Shown here: one piece after another, positions 1 through 9,595 of the stretch
How the letters are laid out: each line of letters starts with the position of its first letter
Numbering within the stretch: the stretch's first letter is position 1
DNA from: Actinomycetes bacterium
GTDB lineage: Bacteria > Actinomycetota > Acidimicrobiia > Acidimicrobiales > Bog-793
DNA: 37,860 nucleotides
Direction: 5' to 3'
Assembly: GCA_021794645.1 (NCBI GenBank)
Contig: JAJYQK010000038.1
Coordinates: forward strand, 1-37,860
Program-made: the position numbers and the translations under genes
The notes under the pieces: generated by a model
The model's database searches: none
What the model was told of the DNA's origin: nothing
The model's input: only the letters and a program-made list of their open reading frames with translations

Positions 1-1376
1 TGCTCCTCGGCGGCGAGCGCCGCCGCCGCGGCCGCCAGCGAGAGCTCGCCGTCCGTCCCCCGCCGTCGGGCGGCGAGGGGGCGCTCTCCGATGAAGGCAG
101 TCGTCGTCTCTCCGGCGAGGAAGGCCTCGTCGGAGAGGACTGAGACGAGGAAGTCGCGGTTGGTGACGAGGCCGGCCAGGGCGGTCTCCTCCAGCCCGAG
201 CCGGAGGAGCCGGGCGGCCGCGGCCCGGTCCTCGCCCCGGGCGATGACCTTGGCGAGGAGGGGGTCGAACTCCGGCCCGACGAAGCTCTTCTCGGCGATG
301 CCGGCCTCATAGCGCAACCCGGGCCGCTTTGCCGGCCGCCAGAGCTCCACCGTGCCGGTGACGGGCAGGAAGCCGTTCTCGGGATCTTCGGCGTAGAGGC
401 GGGCCTCGATGGCGTGGCCTCGGAGGGAGAGGTCACCCTGGGAGAACGAGAGCGCCTCTCCGCTCGCCACGAGGAGCTGTTCGCGCACGAGGTCGAGGCC
501 GGTCACCTCCTCGGTGACGGGGTGCTCGACCTGGATGCGGGTGTTCACCTCGAGGAAGTAGAAGCGGCCCGCCCCGTCGAGGAGGAACTCGACCGTCCCG
601 GCGTTCTCATAGCCGACGGCGCGGGCCGCCCGCAGGGCGGCTTCTCCCATCTCCTCCCGCAGGGCGGGAGAGACCGCCGGGGAGGGGGCCTCCTCGATCA
701 CCTTTTGGTGGCGGCGCTGGATCGAGCACTCCCGCTCGAAGCAGTGGACGAGGTTGCCCCGGCTGTCCCCGAAGATCTGCACCTCGACGTGGCGGGCGCG
801 GGCGAGATAGGGCTCGAGGAAGACACGGTCGTCGCCGAAAGCGGCCGCCGCTTCCCGCCGGGCGGCCGCCAGCGCCTCGTCGAGCTCGTCGGGCCCGGTC
901 ACGAGGCGCATGCCCTTGCCCCCGCCCCCCGCCGCCGCCTTCACCATGGCGGGATAGCTGATCTCACCGTCCGCCGCCAGCGAGGAGAGGACGGGCACGC
1001 CGGCCCGGCGCATCGCCTCGCCGGCCGCCAGCTTGTCGCCGAGAGCGGCCATCACCGCTGCCGGCGGCCCGACAAAGACGAGGCCGGCCTGGCGCACGGC
1101 GCCGGCGAAAGCGGCGTTCTCCGCCAAAAAGCCGTAGCCGGGGTGGACGGCGTCACAGCCCGTGCGAAAAGCCGCCTGCAAGAGGGCGGCGCCGTCGAGG
1201 TAGCTCTCGGCCGCGCTCCTGCCCGGCAGGGCGACGGCGAGGTCGGCCTCGGCGACGAAGGGAGCCGTGGCGTCGCCGGCCGAGTAGACGGCCACCGCCT
1301 CGAGGCCGAGGCCGTGGGCGGCCCGGATGACCCGGCGGGCGATCTCCCCCCTGTTGGCCACGAGGAGCCGTCTCAT
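1..1376 (-). CDS. Biotin carboxylase subunit of an acyl-CoA carboxylase (partial, runs off the left edge)
   Basis: Manual translation from ATG at 1376 gives MRRLLVANRGEIARRVIRAAHGLG. Later motifs HPGYGFLAEN, GGGGKGMR and ECSIQRRHQK are present. ATGA overlap with the upstream carboxyltransferase stop. Not in the ORF track because it has no stop in the window. Confidence 0.95.
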   Translation of the reverse strand, partial: MRRLLVANRGEIARRVIRAAHGLGLEAVAVYSAGDATAPFVAEADLAVALPGRSAAESYLDGAALLQAAFRTGCDAVHPGYGFLAENAAFAGAVRQAGLVFVGPPAAVMAALGDKLAAGEAMRRAGVPVLSSLAADGEISYPAMVKAAAGGGGKGMRLVTGPDELDEALAAARREAAAAFGDDRVFLEPYLARARHVEVQIFGDSRGNLVHCFERECSIQRRHQKVIEEAPSPAVSPALREEMGEAALRAARAVGYENAGTVEFLLDGAGRFYFLEVNTRIQVEHPVTEEVTGLDLVREQLLVASGEALSFSQGDLSLRGHAIEARLYAEDPENGFLPVTGTVELWRPAKRPGLRYEAGIAEKSFVGPEFDPLLAKVIARGEDRAAAARLLRLGLEETALAGLVTNRDFLVSVLSDEAFLAGETTTAFIGERPLAARRRGTDGELSLAAAAAALAAEE

Positions 1377-3010
1377 AGCCGGAAGACCCCGAAGCCAGCG
1401 GCGCCAGCGACCACGCTCGAGTGGCAGGCAGAAAGCGCCATCCCGACCACGTGGCGAGTGTCCCGCGGGTCGATGATGCCGTCGTCGCTCACCCTGCCCG
1501 TCGCGTAGAGGGCGAGGGACTGGCGTTCGGCCAGCTCCTCGACAAAGGCGCTGCGCATCTGCTCGGCCGCCTCGTCGAGCGCCTCGCCCCGCCGCGCCGC
1601 CCGACCCCGGCGCACGAGTGACATGACGCCCGCCATCTGCCGGGGTCCCATGACGGCGATCTTGGCGGTCGGCCACAAGAAGACGAAGCGGGTGTCGAAG
1701 GCCCGGCCTCCCATGCCGTAGTTGCCCGCCCCGTAGCTCGCCCCGATGATGACCGTCACATGGGGCACCTTCGAGTTGGAGAGGGCGTTGATCATCTGGC
1801 TGCCGTGCTTCACGATCCCGCCCCGCTCGTACTGCCGGCCCACCATGTAGCCGGTGATGTTCTGCAGGAACAAAAGCGGAGTGCCGATCTGGTTGCAGAG
1901 CTGGATGAACTGGGCCGCCTTCTGGGAGGAGTCCGAGAAGAGGACTCCGTTGTTCCCGAGCACGCCGACGGGAAAGCCGTGCACAGAGGAGAAGCCGCAG
2001 ACGAGCGTCTCGCCGTAGGCGGCCTTGAACTCCTCGAAGCGGCTGCCGTCCACCACCCGGGCGATCACCTCGCGGATGTCGAGAGGAGCGCGCAGGTCGG
2101 CCGAGACCAGCCCGAGGAGGTCCTCGGGGTCACAGAGCGGGTCGTCGGGCGGCTCGGTCGGCCCCGGCCCGAGCTTTCGCCAGTGCAGGTGGGCGACCAC
2201 CTCGCGAGCGATGCGGATGGCGTCGGGCTCGTCTCGGGCGAGGTAGTCGGCGAGGCCGCTCACGCGGGCGTGCATCTCGGCCCCGCCCAGCTCCTCGTCG
2301 TCTGAGTCCTCTCCGGTCGCCATCTTCACGAGCGGTGGGCCGCCGAGGAAGACCTTGGCGCTCCGCTCGACGAAGATGTTGTAGTCCGAGAGGCCCGGCT
2401 GGTAGGCGCCGCCGGCGGTCGAGGAGCCGAAGACGACCGAGATGGTCGGGATCCCGGCCGCCGAGAGCTGGGTGATCTCCTTGAAGATCGAGCCCGTCTC
2501 GGCGAAGTGCGTCATGTTCCGCCGGAGCTCGGCCTCCGGGTCGCCACCGTGGCCGCCCCCACCCCGGAGGTCACCCCCGGCCGACTCGACGAACTGGATG
2601 TAGGGGAGGCGGTTCTGACGGGCCACCTCGAGGCCCCGCTCGATCTTCTTGTAGGCGACGGCGGTCATCGCCCCGCCGAGCACCGTCGGGTCGTTGCCGA
2701 GCACGACGCACTCGGTCCCCTCCACCACGCCGATGCCGAGGAGGAGCCCGCCGCCGACGGCGTAGTTCGTCTCCGCCCCGGCCAAAGCGGAGAGCTCGAG
2801 GAAGGGCGAGTCCGGGTCCAACAGCAGGGCGAGCCGCTGGCGGAGCGGGAGCTTTCCCCGCGAGATGTGGCGGGCGGTCGCCTCCGGTCCCCCGCCGGCG
2901 GCCGCCTCGGCCAGCAGCCGGCCTATCTCCTGCAGCTTCTCCTCCATGGCAGCGGCGTTGGCGGAGAACTCCTCCGAGGCCGTCTCGACCGAGCTCCTCA
3001 GGACGGCCAC
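1373..3010 (-). CDS. Acyl-CoA carboxylase carboxyltransferase (beta) subunit, MccB/AtuC-like
   Basis: Motifs RGKLPLRQRL, ESAGGDL, GSSTAGGAY, FLGGPPLVKMATGE, QNITGYMVG, GASYGAGNYGM and DDGIIDPRDTR. Confidence 0.95.
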   Translation of the reverse strand: MAVLRSSVETASEEFSANAAAMEEKLQEIGRLLAEAAAGGGPEATARHISRGKLPLRQRLALLLDPDSPFLELSALAGAETNYAVGGGLLLGIGVVEGTECVVLGNDPTVLGGAMTAVAYKKIERGLEVARQNRLPYIQFVESAGGDLRGGGGHGGDPEAELRRNMTHFAETGSIFKEITQLSAAGIPTISVVFGSSTAGGAYQPGLSDYNIFVERSAKVFLGGPPLVKMATGEDSDDEELGGAEMHARVSGLADYLARDEPDAIRIAREVVAHLHWRKLGPGPTEPPDDPLCDPEDLLGLVSADLRAPLDIREVIARVVDGSRFEEFKAAYGETLVCGFSSVHGFPVGVLGNNGVLFSDSSQKAAQFIQLCNQIGTPLLFLQNITGYMVGRQYERGGIVKHGSQMINALSNSKVPHVTVIIGASYGAGNYGMGGRAFDTRFVFLWPTAKIAVMGPRQMAGVMSLVRRGRAARRGEALDEAAEQMRSAFVEELAERQSLALYATGRVSDDGIIDPRDTRHVVGMALSACHSSVVAGAAGFGVFRL

Positions 3011-3037
3011 GTCACCTCCCTGATCCGAGGCGGGGGC

Positions 3038-3838
3038 TCACACCGGCTCCGGCATGCCGAGGCCGGGACGGCGCCCGGTCCCGGGCGGGCCGGCGAAGGC
3101 CTGGGCGATCGCCAGCCACTCGCCCGCGGCCTTTCCCTCGGCGACGACGTCTGTCTCTGCGGGGTGGCGGCGCTGGGTGAACACGAGCGCCAGGCCGAGG
3201 GCCGAGCCGCGGATCGAGTCGGTCGCCTCGGTCGGCCCGAAGAGCCAGGCTGAGCCGCCCGGGGCCGTCGCCTCCACCCGCACCGGCTCTGTCGGCGGGT
3301 CGAGGCCGTGCACGAGGTAGGCGTAGCGGCGGGCGGAGAAGCCGAGGTGGCAGATGTGGCGGAGGCGGTCGCTCACCACCGGCGGCCGCCCGAGGGCGTC
3401 GCGGACGTCCTGGCCGTGCGCCCAGGTCTCCATCAGCCGGGCGGTGATGAAGCTCGCCAGCGACATCTCCGGGCCGTACCAGGCGACCCGCTTCTCCGGG
3501 TCGGCCGCCTCGAGGGCGTCGAGCAGATCTCGCCGGCTCGTCCGCCAGTCGGCCAGCAGCCGCTCGGGCGGGACGGAGCGGCCGAGAGCGACGTCTGAGG
3601 CCGGGTCGGCCTCGCCGGCAAAGAGGGCCCGCTTATGCTCGGCGAAGGCTTCCGGGTTGACGAGGGCGAGGGCGGCGGTGGTGTCGTAGTAGGCGAGGTG
3701 GCTGAGCTGGTCTGCCACCGTCCAGCCCTCGGCCGGCGTCGCCAGCCTGAAGCGCTCCGGCTCGAGCTCGGCCACCTCCTCGTCGAGGGCCTCGTGCTCG
3801 GCCATCAGGTCAGAGATAAGGCCGTCAAGCTTGCTCAT
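3038..3838 (-). CDS. TIGR03084-family (mycothiol-dependent maleylpyruvate isomerase-like) metal-binding protein
   Basis: Start trimmed to MSKLD. Motifs TPAEGWTVADQLSHL, WYGPEMS...ARLMETWAHGQD and WLAIAQAFAGPPG. Adjacent to the carboxylase genes as is usual for this family. Confidence 0.88.
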   Translation of the reverse strand: MSKLDGLISDLMAEHEALDEEVAELEPERFRLATPAEGWTVADQLSHLAYYDTTAALALVNPEAFAEHKRALFAGEADPASDVALGRSVPPERLLADWRTSRRDLLDALEAADPEKRVAWYGPEMSLASFITARLMETWAHGQDVRDALGRPPVVSDRLRHICHLGFSARRYAYLVHGLDPPTEPVRVEATAPGGSAWLFGPTEATDSIRGSALGLALVFTQRRHPAETDVVAEGKAAGEWLAIAQAFAGPPGTGRRPGLGMPEPV

Positions 3839-3937
3839 GGCGATCGCGTCCTCGTCCACGCCGGCGGACCGGCCCTTTTCCGCCCTGATCCTGTCGCGGC
3901 GATGCCGGCGGCGCCAGCAGCGGGTTGCTGGCGATGC

Positions 3938-4534
3938 ATGGGAGCCGGGCGAGCTGGGCATCGCCTTCCGGTGCGCCCGCAGCAGGAGGTCATCACCACC
4001 CTGAGGGAGAAAGCGGCCGCGGAGGCCGCCGCCTATGGCGCTGCTGCCCCCGACGAGCGCCCCCTCTCGGGCTATCTCGGGCTGCTCGGGATCTACTCGC
4101 TCTATGCCGGTCTGCTCGCCTTCCTGCTGCGTCGGCTGGCGCCGAGCCTGCCCGAGCGCATCGAGGGTCGTGACCTCGCCCTTCTTGCCCTCGCCACCCA
4201 CAAGGTCTCGCGCATGGCCAGCAAGGATGCCGTCCTCAGCCCGCTGCGGGCCTACTTCACCGCCTTCGGTGGCCGGGGCGGCCCGGGGGAGGTGAACGAG
4301 GAGGCGCGCGGCGAGGGCTTCCGCCACGCCGCCGGCGAGCTCGTCACCTGCCCGTTCTGTCTCGCCCAGTGGGTGGCTACCCTCGCCGTCTTCTCCTACC
4401 TGGTCGCCCCTCGGGCCACCCGCCTCGTCGCCGGGGTCTTCGGGGTTGTCGCCGGCTCGGATCTCCTGCAGCTCCTCTACGCCATCGCCGAGCAGCGGGC
4501 CGAGGAGCCGGCCGGGGCCGCCCGGACTGCCTAG
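3938..4534 (+). CDS. DUF1360 domain membrane protein (start uncertain)
   Basis: Motifs ALATHKVSRMASKDAVLSPLRAYF and GELVTCPFCLAQW, plus hydrophobic helices. Confidence 0.8.
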   Translation: MGAGRAGHRLPVRPQQEVITTLREKAAAEAAAYGAAAPDERPLSGYLGLLGIYSLYAGLLAFLLRRLAPSLPERIEGRDLALLALATHKVSRMASKDAVLSPLRAYFTAFGGRGGPGEVNEEARGEGFRHAAGELVTCPFCLAQWVATLAVFSYLVAPRATRLVAGVFGVVAGSDLLQLLYAIAEQRAEEPAGAARTA

Positions 4535-4556
4535 TCTCTGGCGGCGAGGAGGTGCG

Positions 4557-5471
4557 ATGGCGTTCGGCTACGACTTCGAGGGCGAGGCGGCGTTCGGGTC
4601 CTACAAGACCTGGTACGGCGGCGCGGGCGATCTCGAGCGGGCCCGGAGCGGGAGCGGTCCAGCTCCCCTCGTCGTCCTCCACGGCGGACCGGGGGCCACC
4701 CACGACTACCTGCTCTCCCTCGCCCGCCTGGCCGAAGAGAGGGCCGTCGTCTTCTACGACCAGCTCGGCAACGGCCGCTCCACCCATCTGCGCCAGGCAG
4801 CGGCCGACTTCTGGACCGTGGATCTTTTCCTCCGCCAGCTCGACAACCTGCTCGCCCAGCTCGACATCGGCGGCCGCTACCACCTCCTCGGCCAGAGCTG
4901 GGGTGGCTTCCTCGCCCAAGAGCACGCCCTGACAAAGCCGCCCGGGCTGGGCGCCCTCGTCCTTTCGAACACGGCCGCCTCCTTCCCCGACTTCGTCGCC
5001 GAGGCGGACAAGCTCCGGGCCGAGCTGCCGCCCGAGGTGGAGGCGACCCTGCGGCGCCACGAGGCGGCCGGCAGCACCGACGACCCGGCCTACGCCGAGG
5101 CCTGCGCCGTCTTCTACGAGCGCCATCTCTGCCGCCTCCCCCAGCCCTGGCCCGAAGAGGTGGTCGCCTCCTTTGCTGCCCTGGAGGAGGACCCGACCGT
5201 CTACCACGCCACCAACGGGCCCTCTGAGTTCCACGTCATCGGCACCTTCAAGGAGTGGTCCTCGAAGGACCGCCTCCACCGGATCGGCGCCCCCACCCTC
5301 GTCGTCTCGGGCCGCTACGACGAGGCAACCCCGCTTTTGCAAGAAGAGCTGGTGAGAGGGATCGCCGGGGCCGAGCAGGTCATCGTGGAGGACGCCTCCC
5401 ACCTGTCGATGTGGGAGCAGCCCACCGCCTACCTCGACGCCGTCTCCTCCTTCCTCGGCCGCCACGACTGA
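4557..5471 (+). CDS. Proline iminopeptidase / L-amino-acid amidase (alpha/beta hydrolase, S33)
   Basis: Motifs HGGPG, FYDQLGNGRS, GQSWGG nucleophile elbow, GRYDEAT and SH. SD GAGGAGG precedes ATG 4557. Confidence 0.93.
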   Translation: MAFGYDFEGEAAFGSYKTWYGGAGDLERARSGSGPAPLVVLHGGPGATHDYLLSLARLAEERAVVFYDQLGNGRSTHLRQAAADFWTVDLFLRQLDNLLAQLDIGGRYHLLGQSWGGFLAQEHALTKPPGLGALVLSNTAASFPDFVAEADKLRAELPPEVEATLRRHEAAGSTDDPAYAEACAVFYERHLCRLPQPWPEEVVASFAALEEDPTVYHATNGPSEFHVIGTFKEWSSKDRLHRIGAPTLVVSGRYDEATPLLQEELVRGIAGAEQVIVEDASHLSMWEQPTAYLDAVSSFLGRHD

Positions 5472-5474
5472 GAG

Positions 5475-6545
5475 ATGGACCTCCCCGTCAACCCGCCGGT
5501 CGGGCCGATGCTGGCCAAGGCGGCCAAGACCCTCCCCCTCGGCGAGGGCCTCATCTACGAGCCGAAGTGGGACGGCTTTCGCTGCATCGTCTTCAAAGAC
5601 GGCGAGGAGCTCGAGCTCGGCAGCCGCAACGAGCGGCCCCTCACCCGCTACTTCCCCGAGCTCGTGGCCGCCCTCGCCGCTCGCCTCCCCCACCGCTGCG
5701 TCGTCGACGGCGAGATCGTCATCGCCGGCCCGGCCGGGCTCGACTTCGACGCCCTCTTGCAGCGGATCCACCCGGCCGACTCCCGGGTGCGCAAGCTGGC
5801 CGAGGAGACCCCGGCCTCCTTTGTCGCCTTCGACCTGCTCGCCCTCGGGGAGGAGGACCTGCGCCAGGCGCCCTTTTCGGAGCGGCGCGCCCGGCTCGAA
5901 GAGGTGCTCGGGCCGGCTGGGGCGCCGGTCCACGTCACGCCGGCGACGACGGACCCCGCCCGGGCGGCCGACTGGTTCGAGCGCTTCGAGGGAGCCGGCC
6001 TCGACGGTGTCGTCGCCAAGGAGCCCGGCCTCGGTTACCTCGAGGACAAGCGGGTCATGACCAAGGTGAAGCACGAGAGGACCGCTGACTGCGTCGTCGC
6101 CGGCTTTCGCTGGCACAAGAGCGGGGGCGGGCGGGTCGGCTCGCTCCTGCTCGGCCTCTACGACCAGACGGGCCGCCTCCACCACGTCGGTGTCACCTCA
6201 TCGTTCACAGACCGCCGTCGCCTTGAGCTGGCCGAGGAGCTGGCCCCGCTGCGGGCCGAGCTCGCCGGCCACCCCTGGGAGAGAGCCGGTGGGGTGGCAG
6301 AGGGCGGCCAGCGGATGCCGGGGGCCCAGAGCCGCTGGAACGCCGGCAGGGATCTCTCCTTCGAGCCGCTCCGGCCCGAGCTCGTCTGCGAGGTCGCCTA
6401 CGACCACCTGCAGAAAGACCGCTTCCGCCACGCCACTACCTTCCGGCGCTGGCGACCAGAGCGCTCCCCCGAGAGCTGCCGCTACGACCAGCTCGAGACC
6501 GCTGTCCCGGCCGAGCTCTCCGAGGTCTTCGGCTCGATCGGTTGA
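5475..6545 (+). CDS. ligC: ATP-dependent DNA ligase LigC
   Basis: Motif I EPKWDGFR, VDGEIV, AFDLL, DGVVAK, KVKHERTADCVVAGFRWHK and RFRH in a minimal 356 aa architecture. Confidence 0.95.
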   Translation: MDLPVNPPVGPMLAKAAKTLPLGEGLIYEPKWDGFRCIVFKDGEELELGSRNERPLTRYFPELVAALAARLPHRCVVDGEIVIAGPAGLDFDALLQRIHPADSRVRKLAEETPASFVAFDLLALGEEDLRQAPFSERRARLEEVLGPAGAPVHVTPATTDPARAADWFERFEGAGLDGVVAKEPGLGYLEDKRVMTKVKHERTADCVVAGFRWHKSGGGRVGSLLLGLYDQTGRLHHVGVTSSFTDRRRLELAEELAPLRAELAGHPWERAGGVAEGGQRMPGAQSRWNAGRDLSFEPLRPELVCEVAYDHLQKDRFRHATTFRRWRPERSPESCRYDQLETAVPAELSEVFGSIG

Positions 6546-6550
6546 CCGGC

Positions 6551-6922
6551 TCAGCTCGCCTGGCGAGCCACCGGCCGGGAGGAGGCGGTCTCCGGCCGCC
6601 GCGGGTCGATGCTCCTCGTCGTGCGGTGCTCGACATAGAAGGCGAGACCGGGCACGAAGCCGGCACAGACGAGCCCGACGACCTGGAGGGTCCGCAGGCG
6701 GGCGTGGCGGGCCAGCGCCGCCACAGAGAGCAGGTAGACGATGTAGACGACGCCGTGGATGGTGAACCCGACGTCGGCCACGGCCGGCTTCCCCCAGACG
6801 TACTGGAGGGGGAGGGCGACCACGCAGAGGAACAGCAGCATGGTGCCGACGACGAAGGCCATCATCCGGTAGCGGGCGAGGGCGCCCTCCAGCCCACCGC
6901 TCCCGAGCTGGGGACGGCTCAT
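6551..6922 (-). CDS. DUF3817 domain membrane protein
   Basis: Motifs RYRMMAFVVG, HGVVYIVYL and AGFVPGLAFYVE. ATGA overlap with the upstream gene. Confidence 0.85.
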   Translation of the reverse strand: MSRPQLGSGGLEGALARYRMMAFVVGTMLLFLCVVALPLQYVWGKPAVADVGFTIHGVVYIVYLLSVAALARHARLRTLQVVGLVCAGFVPGLAFYVEHRTTRSIDPRRPETASSRPVARQAS

Positions 6923-7320
6923 CGGTCGCCCTCCTTTGCCGCCGGTTCGCTCCGGGCGTCACTGGCGTGCAGGGAGGCGAGGTAGCGGTTGTAGGCCGCC
7001 AGCTCGGGGTCCTCCTCGGAGTAGGGATCAAAGCCGAGGGCCTCGACCTGCTCCTCGATGCTCGGGGCCGCCTTTGTCGGTACCGCCTTGACCAGCCGGC
7101 GGGCCAGCTTCTCGCCCTCCTCCTCGTGCAGCAGCTTCCACCACATGTAGATGGCGTAGGCGGCGAAGAAGGGCCACTCGAAGGTGTAGACCCACGAGAG
7201 CGAGTTGCCCCCGAGGGCCCGGTGCAGCTGCCACCAGCCGAGGAAGGCGCAGGCAGCCACGACCACGACCAGGGTGAGATGGAGAGCGAGCGCTCGGGAG
7301 GAGAGCCACTTCGCACGCAC
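6919..7320 (-). CDS. Conserved actinobacterial membrane protein (short SURF1-like termini), usual partner of DUF3817
   Basis: Motifs LGWWQLHRA, YTFEWPFFA and EDPELAAYNRYLA, with two TM segments. Confidence 0.75.
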   Translation of the reverse strand: MRAKWLSSRALALHLTLVVVVAACAFLGWWQLHRALGGNSLSWVYTFEWPFFAAYAIYMWWKLLHEEEGEKLARRLVKAVPTKAAPSIEEQVEALGFDPYSEEDPELAAYNRYLASLHASDARSEPAAKEGDR

Positions 7321-7392
7321 CCTCCCAGGCTACCGGCGGCCCACCCCGGCCGGCCTTCGCCCTCTTGCTGCCCGCCTGCCTACGCTTCGTAG

Positions 7393-8127
7393 ATGACCTC
7401 TGGAACAAGGCCTCCGGCCGGCGGGCCGGTCGGTGCCGGGGCCGTCGTCCCACCGGCCCACAGCGGCCACCTGCCGGCCTGGCGCCGGCCCACCCAGGGT
7501 GAGCACCGGGCCCAGATGTCTCTTGCCGTCCTCGTCGCCATGGGGCTCCAGCTCGTCGTCCCCTCCCGGCTGGCCCTGCAGCCCGAGTGGCTCATCCCGG
7601 GCCTCGAAGGGGCGACCCTCGTCGCCCTCCTCATCGTCGACCCGGGCCGGATGGTGCGACGGTCGACCGTCGTGCGGGCGGTCACCCTCTTTCTCGTCGC
7701 CGCCATCTCGGCCGGCAACGCCGCCTCCCTCGTGCTCTTGATCCATGCGCTGCTGACCGGGCGGGCCGGTCAGGCCGCTCCGCCCCTCCTCGCCAGCGGA
7801 GCGGCCATCTGGGGGACGAACGTCATCGCCTTCTCCTTTTGGTACTGGGAGTTCGACCGGGGCGGTCCTGCCTCGCGGGCGGCCGCCTTGCGGCCCCACC
7901 CAGACTTCATGTTCCCCCAGCAGGCCCAGCCCGACCTCGCCCCCCCTGACTGGGAGGCGCAGTACTTCGACTACCTCTACACCTCCTTCACGAACGCCGC
8001 CGCCTTCTCGCCCACCGACGTCATGCCCCTCTCGCGCTGGGCCAAGCTCGCCTTCTTGCTGCAGTCGGCCGTCTCGCTCATCACCGCCGCCCTCGTCATC
8101 GCCCGCGTGACCAACATCCTCCGCTAG
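7393..8127 (+). CDS. DUF1345 domain membrane protein
   Basis: Motifs WYWEFDRGG, DFMFPQ and FDYLYTSFTNAAAFSPTDVMPLSRWAK. Confidence 0.88.
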   Translation: MTSGTRPPAGGPVGAGAVVPPAHSGHLPAWRRPTQGEHRAQMSLAVLVAMGLQLVVPSRLALQPEWLIPGLEGATLVALLIVDPGRMVRRSTVVRAVTLFLVAAISAGNAASLVLLIHALLTGRAGQAAPPLLASGAAIWGTNVIAFSFWYWEFDRGGPASRAAALRPHPDFMFPQQAQPDLAPPDWEAQYFDYLYTSFTNAAAFSPTDVMPLSRWAKLAFLLQSAVSLITAALVIARVTNILR

Positions 8128-8176
8128 GAAGCGCCCTGTAGCGTCACACCAGACGAAGAGGCAAAGGAGACCAGCG

Positions 8177-8941
8177 ATGTCCGAGATGACCGGGCTCGGC
8201 GCCGATGCGCCCGAGATCGACCTGGAGGCAGAGCGCCTGGAGCGCAAGCAGAAGCTGGCCGCCGCCTACCGGCTCTTCTCCCGCTTCGGCTTCGACGAGG
8301 GGGTGGCGGGCCACATCACCGCTCGGGACCCCGAGCTGACGGACCACTTCTGGGTGAACCCCTTCGGGATGCACTTCGGCCACATACGAGTCTCCGACCT
8401 CATCCTTGTCAACGAGGGCGGCGAGGTCGTGGGAAGCGACGCCCCCCTCAACCGGGCCGCTTTTGCCATCCACTCCCAGGTGCACGCCGCCCGCCCCGAC
8501 GTGGTGGCCGCCGCCCACACCCACTCGACCTACGGCCGGGCCTGGGCCACCCTCGGCCGCCCGCTCGACCCGATAACCCAGGACGTCTGCGCCTTTTACG
8601 ACGACCATGCCGTCTTCGACGACTACACCGGCGTCGTGCTCGACATCGAGGAGGGAAAGCGGATCGCCCACGCCCTCGGCGAGAAGAAGGCGGTCATCCT
8701 GCAGAACCACGGCCTCTTGACAGTCGGCCACACCGTCGACGAGGCGGCCTGGTGGTTCATCACGATGGAGCGCTCCTGCCAGGTGCAGCTTCTCGCCGAG
8801 GCGGCCGGCGACCCGAAGCTGATCGACCCGGAGATGGCCGCCCTCACGAGGACCCAGGTCGGCTCCCACCTCGCCGGCTGGTTCAGCTTCCAGCCCCTCT
8901 ACCAGCGCATAGTCAAGGAGCAGCCCGACCTGCTCGAGTAG
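8177..8941 (+). CDS. Class II aldolase/adducin family protein
   Basis: Motifs EGVAGHITARDP, AFAIHSQVH, AHTHS and LQNHGLLTVG. SD AAGGAG. Confidence 0.93.
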   Translation: MSEMTGLGADAPEIDLEAERLERKQKLAAAYRLFSRFGFDEGVAGHITARDPELTDHFWVNPFGMHFGHIRVSDLILVNEGGEVVGSDAPLNRAAFAIHSQVHAARPDVVAAAHTHSTYGRAWATLGRPLDPITQDVCAFYDDHAVFDDYTGVVLDIEEGKRIAHALGEKKAVILQNHGLLTVGHTVDEAAWWFITMERSCQVQLLAEAAGDPKLIDPEMAALTRTQVGSHLAGWFSFQPLYQRIVKEQPDLLE

Positions 8942-8950
8942 CCGGGCGGT

Positions 8951-9547
8951 TCAGCCCGGCTGCCAGCCCGGGTCCCGGCCGAGGAAGCCGAGGAGATGGT
9001 CGAGGGGGCCGGCTTCGCTGGCGATGGCCACCTCAGGCCCGATCGGCGCCGGGCTGTTCTGGCGCACCTCGGCGTTCACCGCCAGGAACTCCGGCGACGA
9101 GAGGAGAGCTGACGCCACCTCCTCGGCGCCGGCACCGAGGCTTTGACCGGTGGCGGCAGCGAGGTCCCAACCGTGCACGAGGCGCTCGCTCGTAGCGATC
9201 TCGAGGCAGAAAAGCGGGGTCGATGGCCCGGCGAGGACGGCCATGGGGCGCTCCATCACCCCTGGCGCCTTGAAGGCCGCTACCAGCCGCTCGACCTGTC
9301 GCCCGTGGGCGGGGGCGAGCTCGCCGGGCAGGTAGCTCGTCCACTCGCGGTCCGGGCGCACTGCTCCCAGCTCGGCTGCCTCTGCGAAGAAGTCGGTCGA
9401 GGCGACCATGTGCTCCATCAGCTCGAGCACGTCCCAGTCCGAGCAGGGCGTGGGCTGGGCGAGCTGGCCGGCCCGGACGCCCCTCACGGCCTCGTCGGAG
9501 AGGGCGCAGGCCAGCTCCAGCAGCTCGACGTCGACTCGTCTCGTCAC
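8951..9547 (-). CDS. TIGR03086-family metal-binding protein (DinB/MDMPI superfamily)
   Basis: Motifs PTPCSDWDVLELMEH, ERLVHGWDLAAATG and LLGFLGRDP. Confidence 0.88.
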   Translation of the reverse strand: MTRRVDVELLELACALSDEAVRGVRAGQLAQPTPCSDWDVLELMEHMVASTDFFAEAAELGAVRPDREWTSYLPGELAPAHGRQVERLVAAFKAPGVMERPMAVLAGPSTPLFCLEIATSERLVHGWDLAAATGQSLGAGAEEVASALLSSPEFLAVNAEVRQNSPAPIGPEVAIASEAGPLDHLLGFLGRDPGWQPG

Positions 9548-9595
9548 AGCGCCCCCCTCTCGGTTGGCCCCGCCGGCCGGCCTCTCCGGCCGGTG

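Noticed and set aside
3839-4327. N-terminal extension of the TIGR03084 ORF
   Set aside because: It overlaps the DUF1360 gene on the opposite strand, and homology starts at MSKLD (3838).
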